Assembly: GCA_022013205.1 (NCBI GenBank)
Contig: JAKLQT010000198.1
Span: 1-55,769, forward strand
Source: Candidatus Omnitrophota bacterium
GTDB lineage: Bacteria > Omnitrophota > Gorgyraeia > B26-G9
DNA: 55,769 bases
Direction: 5' to 3'
The notes under the pieces were generated by a model. It did no database searches and had not been told where the DNA came from. It worked only from the letters and a program-made list of their open reading frames with translations. How positions within the stretch are numbered: the stretch's first letter is position 1; each line of letters starts with the position of its first letter. Below, in pieces: positions 36,487 through 44,801 of the stretch. The position numbers and the translations under genes were made by a program.

Positions 36487-37605
36487 ATGAGGGCGAAAGA
36501 GTTTTTATCAGTACTTGCTGAGTTTGAAACACCAGCAAATTTTGAGGATTTTAAAGTCAGGGGATTGAGTATTGACTCGCGAAAAGTTGGGCGCGATTTC
36601 TGCTTTGTTGCCATCAAAGGAACTGATTCCGACGGGCATGATTTCATTAAAGACGCCGCGGCTTTAGGCGCGCGCTTAATTGTTTACGATAAAAAACGGA
36701 AAGATTATGTTGAACACATTGCTTTTAAACTAAATATATTATGCGTCGGGGTGAACAATACAAGGGCAGCGGCCGCAGATTTGGCGGCAGAGTTCTTTAA
36801 TCAGCCGAACAAAAAATTAAAAATAACCGGGATAACAGGAACTAACGGGAAAACGACTGTTTCTTTTCTGCTTGAGCATATTTTTAACAGCAATGAGCGC
36901 AAGAGCGGGCTTATCGGCACAGTGCATTATAAGATCGCGGATCATAAAATCTGCGCAAAAAATACAACACCTGATGCGGTCACTATATGGAATTTGCTTT
37001 ATAATATGGTTGAACATGGCCTTACACATTGCGTTATGGAGGTATCTTCTCACGCGCTCGATCAATCAAGGACAGAGGGGATTGATTTCAGCTACGCCGT
37101 TTTTACAAATATTACTCATGACCATCTTGATTATCATCAGGATTTGGAAAATTACTTCAGGGCTAAAGCCAAATTGTTTCAGGGGCTCATGAGCCATAGA
37201 TATGCCGTAATTAACATAGATGATCCTTACGCAGGGCGGTTAAAACAAAAGACTAAGGCAAAAGTCATGGAATATGCCATAATGAATAAACAAGCAAAGA
37301 TCAGAGCGGAAGATATAAAATTGGGAATTAATAGTACTGAGTTTACCCTGACCGCTCCCGCGGGGTCGATAAAAATAAAAACCAGTATGCTTGGACGTTA
37401 TAACGTATATAATATACTTGCCGCTGCGGCTGTTGCCGTGTTAGAGGGGATTCATCTTGAATCTATATCCGCTGCTATTGAAAGCTTTGAGTGCCCTCCG
37501 GGGCGTTTGGAGCAATTGAAGGTTGATCAGCCGTTCAAGGTATTTGTGGATTATGCCCATACAGATGATGCCCTGAAAATGTGCTCCAGGCTATGCGGGA
37601 ATTAA
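36487..37605 (+). CDS. murE: UDP-N-acetylmuramoyl-tripeptide synthetase MurE, N-terminal 372 codons (frameshifted gene, part 1)
   Basis: ITGTNGKTTVSFLL, EVSSHAL, ...VDYAHTDDAL, then out-of-frame KMCSRLCGN*. Confidence 0.85.
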   Translation: MRAKEFLSVLAEFETPANFEDFKVRGLSIDSRKVGRDFCFVAIKGTDSDGHDFIKDAAALGARLIVYDKKRKDYVEHIAFKLNILCVGVNNTRAAAADLAAEFFNQPNKKLKITGITGTNGKTTVSFLLEHIFNSNERKSGLIGTVHYKIADHKICAKNTTPDAVTIWNLLYNMVEHGLTHCVMEVSSHALDQSRTEGIDFSYAVFTNITHDHLDYHQDLENYFRAKAKLFQGLMSHRYAVINIDDPYAGRLKQKTKAKVMEYAIMNKQAKIRAEDIKLGINSTEFTLTAPAGSIKIKTSMLGRYNVYNILAAAAVAVLEGIHLESISAAIESFECPPGRLEQLKVDQPFKVFVDYAHTDDALKMCSRLCGN

Positions 37606-37964
37606 AACCCGGCAGGATTATCACTGTTTTTGGCTGCGGCGGAAACAGAGATAAGAAAAAGCGGCCCCTTATGGGCCAGGTTGCGTCAGAACTTTCTGAT
37701 TTTTTGGTGATTACCAATGATAATCCGCGCAAAGAGGACCCGGAGATTATTATTGATAATATAGTTTCCGGTTTTCCCGCGGGGTTTACGCGTTACGAGC
37801 GGATAACAGACAGGGAAAAGGCGATTGAAAGGGCCCTGAATTTAGCCGCAGCAGGTGATTTTGTCCTTATTGCCGGAAAAGGGCATGAGACAAACCAGGT
37901 TTTTAAAGACAAGACTATTGAATTTGATGATAAAAAAATAGCATTGGAAATACTTAAAGAGTAA
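37581..37964 (+). CDS. murE: MurE C-terminal domain (frameshifted gene, part 2)
   Basis: The other frame reads (ENV)LQAMRELKPGRIITVFGCGGNRDKKKRPLMG...ITNDNPRKEDP...AGKGHE, which is the canonical MurE C-terminus. Confidence 0.85.
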   Translation: MLQAMRELKPGRIITVFGCGGNRDKKKRPLMGQVASELSDFLVITNDNPRKEDPEIIIDNIVSGFPAGFTRYERITDREKAIERALNLAAAGDFVLIAGKGHETNQVFKDKTIEFDDKKIALEILKE

Positions 37965-38006
37965 CCCATAACTCATAACTCATAACTCGTAACTATTAAC
38001 TAAAAT
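37965..38006 (+). repeat. Heptad array (6 x CTCATAA-like) filling the murE-murF spacer
   Basis: cccataa ctcataa ctcataa ctcgtaa ctattaa ctaaaat, in register with the murE TAA stop at 37962-37964. Confidence 0.8.
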
Positions 38007-38007
38007 C

Positions 38008-39447
38008 ATGTTTACAATCGATGAAATTATTAAGGCAACAAACGGCAGACTGCTCTCAGGCTCTTTGGATCTGCGTTTTAGCGGTATATCTATTGATTCG
38101 CGCACGGTTAAAAAAGCAGAGCTTTTTATTGCCATAAGAGGAGCAAGATTTGACGGGCATGATTTCCTGGATAAAGCCCGGGAGAACCAGGCGCACGCGC
38201 TGCTTTTAGACGAAGAATGGGTGCAGGACAAAGGGGATTTACCGCGGCGCTTAGGATTACCTGTAATTGCCGTAGAAAATACAGTGGCTGCTTTGGGTAA
38301 TATCGCCGGATTCCATCGCCGAAGATTCAATATCCCTGTTGTCGCTGTAACCGGTTCAAACGGCAAAACAAGCACCAAAGAGATGATCTCCTCTGTCATG
38401 GGAGTGCGTTTTAAGGTGCTCAAAAGTAAGGGTTCTTTTAATAATGATATCGGAGTGCCGCTTAGCCTGTTGGAGCTTGATTCAAGCCATGAGGCTGCTG
38501 TTCTGGAAATGGGCATGAACCATAAAGGGGAGATCCGAACTCTTTGCGCTATTGCTTGCCCCTGTCTAGCTGTGATCACGAACGTGGCCACCGCGCATAT
38601 GGAATTTTTTAATAGCCTTGAAGAGGTAGCAGAAGCAAAATGCGAAATGCTGGAAAGGCTGGAAAATGATTCCGCGGCTGTTATTAATGCCGATTGCGGT
38701 GTTTTGTACTCCATGGCAAAAGGTTACGGGGTAAATATTATAAGCTTTGGGTTGAAACCAAATAGCTTTTACCGGGCGTCTAATGTTCTATGTGACGCAC
38801 AGGGGGTTGCTTTTACCCTGAATGAAAGATTTACTTTCAGGCTGAATTTACTGGGAGAGCATAATGTCCATAATGCTTTGGCTGCCATTGCCGCGGCAAG
38901 CTTTTTTAAGATTGACCCCGAAGACATAAAAGAGGCCTTAAAACAAGTTTCTATTCCAGGCTTCAGGATGCGCCAGTTTGACAATAACGGTACTAAAATA
39001 ATTGCCGATTGTTATAATGCCAATCCTCATTCTACAAAAGCAGCCCTTAAAACACTGACGCAGATTTATAAGGGCAAAAGAAAAATTTTTGTTTTAGCAG
39101 ATATGCTTGAATTGGGAAGATCAAGCAGGAAGTTTCACGAAGATATCGGAGAATCTGTGGCTATGAATTCAATAGATAAGCTGATAACCGTTGGCCCAAA
39201 TGCCGCTTTTGCCGCAAGTTCCGCGCTTACCTGCGGTATGCAAAAAAGCGATATCGTTGTCTGCGGTAAAAATGAGGAGGTTTTAAATATCCTTCAGAAT
39301 ATGCTTATCAGGGATGATGTAGTGCTGTTTAAAGGCTCCCGGGGAATGCGCCTGGAGGAAATCATTAATCAATTAAGAAAAGATAACGAAAAAATTGCAA
39401 GTGATAAATTAGAAGTAAAAGGGAAAAGCACCTTAGCTCATGGCTGA
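38008..39447 (+). CDS. murF: UDP-N-acetylmuramoyl-tripeptide--D-alanyl-D-alanine ligase MurF
   Basis: VTGSNGKTSTKEM, LEMGMNH.GEI, HNV.NALAA, ADMLELG. The last codons run into a heptad repeat. Confidence 0.9.
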   Translation: MFTIDEIIKATNGRLLSGSLDLRFSGISIDSRTVKKAELFIAIRGARFDGHDFLDKARENQAHALLLDEEWVQDKGDLPRRLGLPVIAVENTVAALGNIAGFHRRRFNIPVVAVTGSNGKTSTKEMISSVMGVRFKVLKSKGSFNNDIGVPLSLLELDSSHEAAVLEMGMNHKGEIRTLCAIACPCLAVITNVATAHMEFFNSLEEVAEAKCEMLERLENDSAAVINADCGVLYSMAKGYGVNIISFGLKPNSFYRASNVLCDAQGVAFTLNERFTFRLNLLGEHNVHNALAAIAAASFFKIDPEDIKEALKQVSIPGFRMRQFDNNGTKIIADCYNANPHSTKAALKTLTQIYKGKRKIFVLADMLELGRSSRKFHEDIGESVAMNSIDKLITVGPNAAFAASSALTCGMQKSDIVVCGKNEEVLNILQNMLIRDDVVLFKGSRGMRLEEIINQLRKDNEKIASDKLEVKGKSTLAHG

Positions 39448-39464
39448 TAGCTGATGGCTCATGG
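39437..39464 (+). repeat. Heptad array (4 x CTSATRG-like) overlapping the murF stop codon
   Basis: ctcatgg ctgatag ctgatgg ctcatgg. The murF TGA at 39445-39447 lies inside unit 2. Confidence 0.7.
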
Positions 39465-39664
39465 GAAAGTAGCGAGTAAATATTGAGCGTGCAAATAAAC
39501 GTGTATAGTTTTTTGAGCGAGCGAAGAAAACGTTCGTCCTTCATCTCTAACTCCTAAATAGATTTATAGAAGGGAAGCTAGAGGCAGCAGTATATACACT
39601 TCAAGGGAGAAAAAGTTATTTAAGAGGTGACTCGGGACAAACAGTCAGGTGAAATTGTATTTAC

Positions 39665-39800
39665 TCATTCTCGACAGCCGTCCATGGCTGCCTGCGAGGT
39701 AATCAGTCGATTATTACACATCCTTGTAAATCGACTGATTAAAATCCGTAAATGCAATTTCCCCTATCTGTTTGATGAGCGAAGAAAAAGTGTTTTCTAT
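39665..39800 (-). repeat. Structured element copy 2 (inverted orientation relative to 32470-32655)
   Basis: Reverse complement reads TCTTCGCTCATCAAACAGATAGGGG..TTTTAATCAGTCGATT[loop]AATCGACTGATTACCTCGCAGGCAGCCATGGACGGCTGTCGAGAATGAG. It has the same order of boxes and hairpins as copy 1 (TCTTCATGCGAAACAGATGAAGAG..TTTAATCAG..CTGATTCCCTCGG..CAGCC..CTGTCAGTCGAGAATGCC). Confidence 0.55.
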
Positions 39801-39949
39801 CTGGGAGTTGGGGTTCGTCTCAATGCTTGTCCGCCATACGTTGTGGAGGGAGCAAAGCGAATGGTCTTCGTCCTTCGTTTTGAAACGTAATAGGCAGAAC
39901 GCAATACTCACGACGCAATACTGTTTTTTAATAACAGGCAACTGGTTAA

Positions 39950-39991
39950 CTCATAACTCATAACTCATAATTATTAACTAGTAATTACTAG
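39950..39991 (+). repeat. Heptad array (3 x CTCATAA plus 3 degenerate units) just upstream of mraY
   Basis: ctcataa ctcataa ctcataa ttattaa ctagtaa ttactag. Near-duplicate of the 37965-38006 array. Confidence 0.8.
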
Positions 39992-40015
39992 TAACCGGAA
40001 GATGCAGGCGGGAAA

Positions 40016-41107
40016 ATGTTTTATCATTTTTTATATCCGTTAAGGGATCTATTCTTTGGTTTTAATGTTTTTAAATATATCACATTTCGCATGGCAGGGT
40101 CTGTTATTACCGCCTTTCTCTTAAGTGCCCTTCTTGGCAAAACAGTAATCAGTATGCTGAAAAAACTTAAAATCGGCGAATCAGTAAGAAAAAGCAAAGA
40201 ATGCGCCTCTATTTATGAACACCATAAGGGAAAAGAAGGTACGCCGACAATGGGCGGTATCCTGATATTGGCAGTTATATTCTTGAGTGTACTGTTGTGG
40301 GCGGACCTTTCCAATAAATATATCTGGATTGCTATGGGAGTTACTTTTTGGCTGGGCGTCGTCGGATTCATCGATGATTATATAAAACTGACTAAAAAAG
40401 ATTCGCGCGGCCTTACAGCAGCGGTAAAGCTGACAGGGCAAATGGTGCTGGGACTGATTGTCGGCTTTATTCTTTATCTTGACCCAAATATCGGGGATCG
40501 CCTGGATATCCCTTTTTTTAAAAATCTTATCGTACACCTGGGATCATTCTATGTTTTCTTTGTGGCCCTGGTGATTATAGGAGCTTCTAACGCGGTAAAC
40601 CTTACAGACGGATTAGACGGCCTGGCTATCGGCTGTGTTTTGATTGTGGCCCTTACTTATAGTGCGGTAAGTTATATTACCGGACATGTTAACTTTAGTA
40701 ATTATTTGCAGATTATTTATATCCCTAATTCCGGGGAATTGGCTGTTTTTTGCGCTGCTATATTCGGGGCAGGATTGGGATTCCTCTGGTATAATTGCCA
40801 TCCCGCGGATGTTTTTATGGGGGATACCGGGGCACTTGCTTTGGGCGGGGCTCTGGGCGCAGTGGCGATCCTGATTAAAAAGGAACTGCTTTTGGTTATT
40901 GTCGGAGGAATATTTGTTGCCGAGGCCATGTCTGTGATAATACAGGTTTTTTCTTACAGGCTTCGCGGTAAAAGAGTTTTTCTTATGGCACCGCTGCATC
41001 ATCATTTTCAAATTAAAGGTTGGGCTGAGTCCAAGGTTATATTTAGATTCTTGATTGTAGCGATAGTTCTTGCTTTAGTGGGTCTTTCTACATTGAAGTT
41101 GCGTTAA
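40016..41107 (+). CDS. mraY: Phospho-N-acetylmuramoyl-pentapeptide transferase MraY
   Basis: Polytopic. KEGTPTMGG, FIDDYIKL, NAVNLTDGLDGLA, MGDTGALALGG, APLHHHF. Confidence 0.95.
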   Translation: MFYHFLYPLRDLFFGFNVFKYITFRMAGSVITAFLLSALLGKTVISMLKKLKIGESVRKSKECASIYEHHKGKEGTPTMGGILILAVIFLSVLLWADLSNKYIWIAMGVTFWLGVVGFIDDYIKLTKKDSRGLTAAVKLTGQMVLGLIVGFILYLDPNIGDRLDIPFFKNLIVHLGSFYVFFVALVIIGASNAVNLTDGLDGLAIGCVLIVALTYSAVSYITGHVNFSNYLQIIYIPNSGELAVFCAAIFGAGLGFLWYNCHPADVFMGDTGALALGGALGAVAILIKKELLLVIVGGIFVAEAMSVIIQVFSYRLRGKRVFLMAPLHHHFQIKGWAESKVIFRFLIVAIVLALVGLSTLKLR

Positions 41108-41187
41108 ACCGGGTATTTGAATGTAAGCGTTTAACAGAATACAAACAGATATATCACTCAATACGGCTGTTTGGATTAGGAAGAAGA

Positions 41188-42573
41188 ATGAAAAATATAC
41201 GTAACAAAAAAATAGTTGTTCTTGGCTTAAGCCGGTCAGGTTATGCGGCGGCAATATTGGCTGCTAAAAAAGGAGCAAATGTATATGTCTCCGAGGTTCT
41301 AAACAATAAAGATATTTGCCGCAAAGCTGAATATCTCCGTATACGGGGAATTCGTGTGGAACTGGGAGGACATTCAGAGGATTTTTTTAAAGGAGTAAAT
41401 TTTTTTATTACTTCCCCTGGGATTAAAAATAATACATTCGCGCTTAACTGGGCAAGAAAAAATAAAATTGAGGTTTTTAGCGAAATAGAGTTTGCCAGCT
41501 GGTTTTGCCATGCGCCAATTGTTGCCATAACCGGCTCAAACGGCAAGACTACCGTGGCGACATTGCTGGGTAAGGTTTTTAGAACAGCCGGCAAGCGTGT
41601 TGTTGTCTGCGGTAACATAGGAAATCCTTTTAGCGGCGAATATGCCAAATTTAAAAAAGCTGAAGTTGTTGTACTTGAGGTAAGTTCCTTTCAACTAGAC
41701 TATGTTGAGAGTTTTCGTCCCCGCGTGAGTGTTATTTTGAACATAACTCAAAATCATTTTGATCGCCACCGGGATATGAACGAATATATTAGTGCCAAAG
41801 CAAATATTCTTAAAAAGCAGCGAAAAACTGATGTGAGTATTCTTAATTTTGACGACAATAAAGTTTTTGCTCTGCGAAAAATTACTGATGCAAAAGTATG
41901 TTTTTTTAGTATGAGCGGGAAAAATATAGAAACTTATTTGAGAATATCATACCGCGGATGTTTTTATGATAAGGAGCAGGTGTGGGCACTAAGTAAAGGC
42001 GTGCAGAGTAAACTTTTTAATAAGAGTGATCTTAAAATAAAGGGTGATCATAATATTGAAAACGCGATGGCTGTATATCTCGGGGCATGCGCGATGAAAG
42101 TCAATAAAAACACAATTGTTTCTACGCTTAAAAGCTTCAAGGGGCTGGAACATCGCTGTGAAAAGCTAACTCGCTGTAAAGGGGTTAATTTTGTCAATGA
42201 TTCTAAATCGACGACAGTTGATGCTACTTTTAAGGCGCTGTCCATGTTTAGGGATAAATCGGTTATCCTGGTCTGCGGCGGACGAGACAAGGGCAGCGAT
42301 TTTAAAATAATCCGAGCCCAGATCAAGAAAAAGGCCTGTCTGCTTGTTTGTATCGGAGAGGCAAAATCAAAAATAGCCGGAGCATTAAAGGGCACTACGG
42401 TAATAAAAAAGGCAAAGGATTTACAAGAGGCTGTTAATATTGCCTGGATGATGGCAAAAAAAGAAGACACGATTTTGCTTTCTCCCATGTGCGCCAGCTT
42501 TGATATGTTTGAGAGCTTCGAACACAGAGGAAAAGTTTTTAAAAAAATTGTAAAGGACATGTGTAGAAGATGA
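41188..42573 (+). CDS. murD: UDP-N-acetylmuramoylalanine--D-glutamate ligase MurD
   Basis: VLGLSRSGYAAA, ITGSNGKTT, EVSSFQL, NDSKSTT, SPMCASFD.F..F..RG. Confidence 0.9.
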   Translation: MKNIRNKKIVVLGLSRSGYAAAILAAKKGANVYVSEVLNNKDICRKAEYLRIRGIRVELGGHSEDFFKGVNFFITSPGIKNNTFALNWARKNKIEVFSEIEFASWFCHAPIVAITGSNGKTTVATLLGKVFRTAGKRVVVCGNIGNPFSGEYAKFKKAEVVVLEVSSFQLDYVESFRPRVSVILNITQNHFDRHRDMNEYISAKANILKKQRKTDVSILNFDDNKVFALRKITDAKVCFFSMSGKNIETYLRISYRGCFYDKEQVWALSKGVQSKLFNKSDLKIKGDHNIENAMAVYLGACAMKVNKNTIVSTLKSFKGLEHRCEKLTRCKGVNFVNDSKSTTVDATFKALSMFRDKSVILVCGGRDKGSDFKIIRAQIKKKACLLVCIGEAKSKIAGALKGTTVIKKAKDLQEAVNIAWMMAKKEDTILLSPMCASFDMFESFEHRGKVFKKIVKDMCRR

Positions 42574-43658
42574 ACCTGAGAGATACCAGGATAAATCTGG
42601 CGGCTGTTTCCATAATTCTTGTTTGTATAGGTATTGTTATGATTTACAGCACAAGCGCGATTTACGCGCTGGAAAACCAGGGGGACAGTGCTTATTACCT
42701 TAAGCGGCATCTTCTCTATGTTTTAATCGGCATGTTTTGTGCTTTTTTTGTTATGAAGGCGGATTATCATTATTTTAGAAAAATTGCCAAGCCTTTATTA
42801 CTGGTATCTTTTTTCCTGTTGATACTGTTATTTGTTCCTGGAATCGCGCGTCAAGTGGGAGGTGCGCGCCGCTGGTTTCGGCTTGGATCGTTTAGTTTTC
42901 AGCCTTCAGAGCTCGCGAAATTTGCTATGGTCATATACGCGGCGGATTTTTTTTCCCGCAAAAAAGACGTAGTTACTTCATTTCTGCGCGGCTTTTTGCC
43001 GGTATTGCTGGTTATGGGCTCAATGTGCTTGTTGATTATTGTTCAGCCTGACTTGGGCACGGTTTTGGCAATTGTCAGTATTTGTTTTTTGATGTTTTTT
43101 GTCGCGGGCGTGAAATTAGCGCATATCCTTTCCTTTGTTTTGGGGTCGCTGCCGTTGCTTTATATATTAATATTCAGCGTTCCCTATCGTCGTAAAAGGA
43201 TCCTGGCCTTTCTTGACCCCTGGAGCGATCCTCAGGGAACGGGATTCCAGATAATCCAATCCCTTGTAGCCGTTGGTTCAGGTGGATTTTCAGGGCTTGG
43301 GCTTGGGCACGGCCGGCAGAAGCTGCTGTATTTACCTGCAGCTTATACGGATTTTATTTTTTCGATTATCGGAGAGGAATTGGGTTTTATTGGTACTTCG
43401 TCGATTATTATGCTGTTAATATATTTTCTTCTACAGGCAGCTAAAATAAGCCTAAAAGCAAAGGATTCTTTTGGACAGCTTTTGAGTTTGGGCCTTATAT
43501 CCTGCCTTATTATTGAGGCGGTTGTGAATATGGGCGTGGCCATAAGTATTTTGCCGACAAAAGGCCTGCCGTTTCCGTTCATAAGTTACGGGGGAACATC
43601 GCTTGTTTTTAATATGATTTATGTCGGGTTAATCTTAAATGTGGGAAGGGCTAAATGA
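42570..43658 (+). CDS. ftsW: Peptidoglycan glycosyltransferase FtsW (SEDS family)
   Basis: Polytopic. FQPSELAKF, QPDLGT, LPAAYTDFIFSIIGEELGFIG, LPTKGLPFPFISYGGTS. Confidence 0.9.
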   Translation: MNLRDTRINLAAVSIILVCIGIVMIYSTSAIYALENQGDSAYYLKRHLLYVLIGMFCAFFVMKADYHYFRKIAKPLLLVSFFLLILLFVPGIARQVGGARRWFRLGSFSFQPSELAKFAMVIYAADFFSRKKDVVTSFLRGFLPVLLVMGSMCLLIIVQPDLGTVLAIVSICFLMFFVAGVKLAHILSFVLGSLPLLYILIFSVPYRRKRILAFLDPWSDPQGTGFQIIQSLVAVGSGGFSGLGLGHGRQKLLYLPAAYTDFIFSIIGEELGFIGTSSIIMLLIYFLLQAAKISLKAKDSFGQLLSLGLISCLIIEAVVNMGVAISILPTKGLPFPFISYGGTSLVFNMIYVGLILNVGRAK

Positions 43659-44770
43659 GATTTTTGATTACTGCCGCCGGATCCGGCGGCCATATTTATC
43701 CCGCGTTAAGCCTCTTGAATGAATTGAAACGCTTAGATAAAAGCGCGCAAACCGTATTCCTGAGCAGCAAAAAAAATATAGATAAAAAAGTTTTTAAAAA
43801 CACACAGGACAGGGTTGTCGGCTTTGACTTTATTCCGCCGCAAAGGAAAACAGGTGTGAATACTATTAAATTTTGCTTGAAGAATCTGTATTTTTTGTTA
43901 AACTTTAGTAAGGAGAGTATAAGAGTATTTTTTTTGATTCTGGAAATAAAACCTGATCTGGTAATAGGTTTTGGAGGTATTGGTTCTGTAGCCGCGATTA
44001 TTAGCGCGAAACTCTTAAACATTCCTTCCTTGATCCATGAGCAAAATGTAGTCCCGGGATTGGCCAATCGCCTGCTGGGACGGTTTACGTCAAAAGTCGC
44101 CACTGGTTTTCGCAAAAGTAATAGGTATTTTAAGAACAGGGATGTTGTTTTTACGGGAAATCCTATTCGTTATGATTTGCAAAGATTAGATAGCGCGCAA
44201 GCACGCGGAACTCTAGGTTTAAATATTGAAAAATTTACGATCCTGGTTATGGGAGGTTCTCAGGGTGCGGTATTCATTAATGATTGTTTTATTAAGGCGC
44301 TTAATGGTTTAACTAATGAAAAACGCGGTATATTACAGGTTATCCATTGCTGCGGAAACAGGGATTTTACGGCACTCAAAAAAAAATACGAAGATATTAA
44401 AATACAGGCACGCGTGTTTGCTTTTTGCACCGTAATGAGCAGTGCTTATAGCGCGGCGGATTTAATTATTGGACGCTCCGGAGCAGGAACCCTGAATGAG
44501 ATTTGTTTTTTTGGCAAGGCTTCAATATTGATTCCTTACCCCTATGCGCAGGCGCACCAAAACGCGAATGCTGAATTTATGCGGGAAGCTCAAGCGTCAA
44601 ATCTTGTCAAACAGGATTCTTTGACAGTCAATCACCTGACTTCGTTGATTGATGTGAGTATAGGCCAGCCCCAGCTGCTTAGATCTATGGCACAAAAAAG
44701 CCGGCAGCTGTTTTGTGAAGAAAGCGCCTTGAAACTGGCTGAAGCGGCGATGGGCATTATAAGAAATTAG
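43655..44770 (+). CDS. murG: UDP-GlcNAc--lipid I N-acetylglucosaminyltransferase MurG
   Basis: AAGSGGHIYPALSL, HEQN..PG.ANR, VMGGSQGA, GRSGAGTLNE. Confidence 0.9.
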   Translation: MRFLITAAGSGGHIYPALSLLNELKRLDKSAQTVFLSSKKNIDKKVFKNTQDRVVGFDFIPPQRKTGVNTIKFCLKNLYFLLNFSKESIRVFFLILEIKPDLVIGFGGIGSVAAIISAKLLNIPSLIHEQNVVPGLANRLLGRFTSKVATGFRKSNRYFKNRDVVFTGNPIRYDLQRLDSAQARGTLGLNIEKFTILVMGGSQGAVFINDCFIKALNGLTNEKRGILQVIHCCGNRDFTALKKKYEDIKIQARVFAFCTVMSSAYSAADLIIGRSGAGTLNEICFFGKASILIPYPYAQAHQNANAEFMREAQASNLVKQDSLTVNHLTSLIDVSIGQPQLLRSMAQKSRQLFCEESALKLAEAAMGIIRN

Positions 44771-44801
44771 AAAAAATTGTTAAATTGTTAAAGGATCTAT
44801 T

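Noticed and set aside
37965-38006. CRISPR-like array, together with 39437-39464 and 39950-39991
   Set aside because: The units are 7 nt with no spacers, and no cas genes are present. These are simple tandem heptads.
37980-38714. 244-aa ORF on the minus strand
   Set aside because: It lies entirely antisense to murF, which has clear Mur-ligase motifs on the + strand. Its product is S/A/L/P-rich low-complexity sequence typical of shadow ORFs.
39627-39963. Three overlapping short ORFs (87, 75 and 63 aa) in the murF-mraY gap
   Set aside because: They are mutually overlapping in different frames and strands, have no RBS or motif, and run through hairpins and repeats. I treated the region as non-coding structured DNA.
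42048-42710. 220-aa minus-strand ORF
   Set aside because: It is antisense to the well-supported murD/ftsW junction, and no motif was recognised. The same reasoning applies to the other minus-strand ORFs in the track (e.g. 9475..9921, 26030..26380, 29937..30281, 40181..41011, 43696..44115, 46874..47329).
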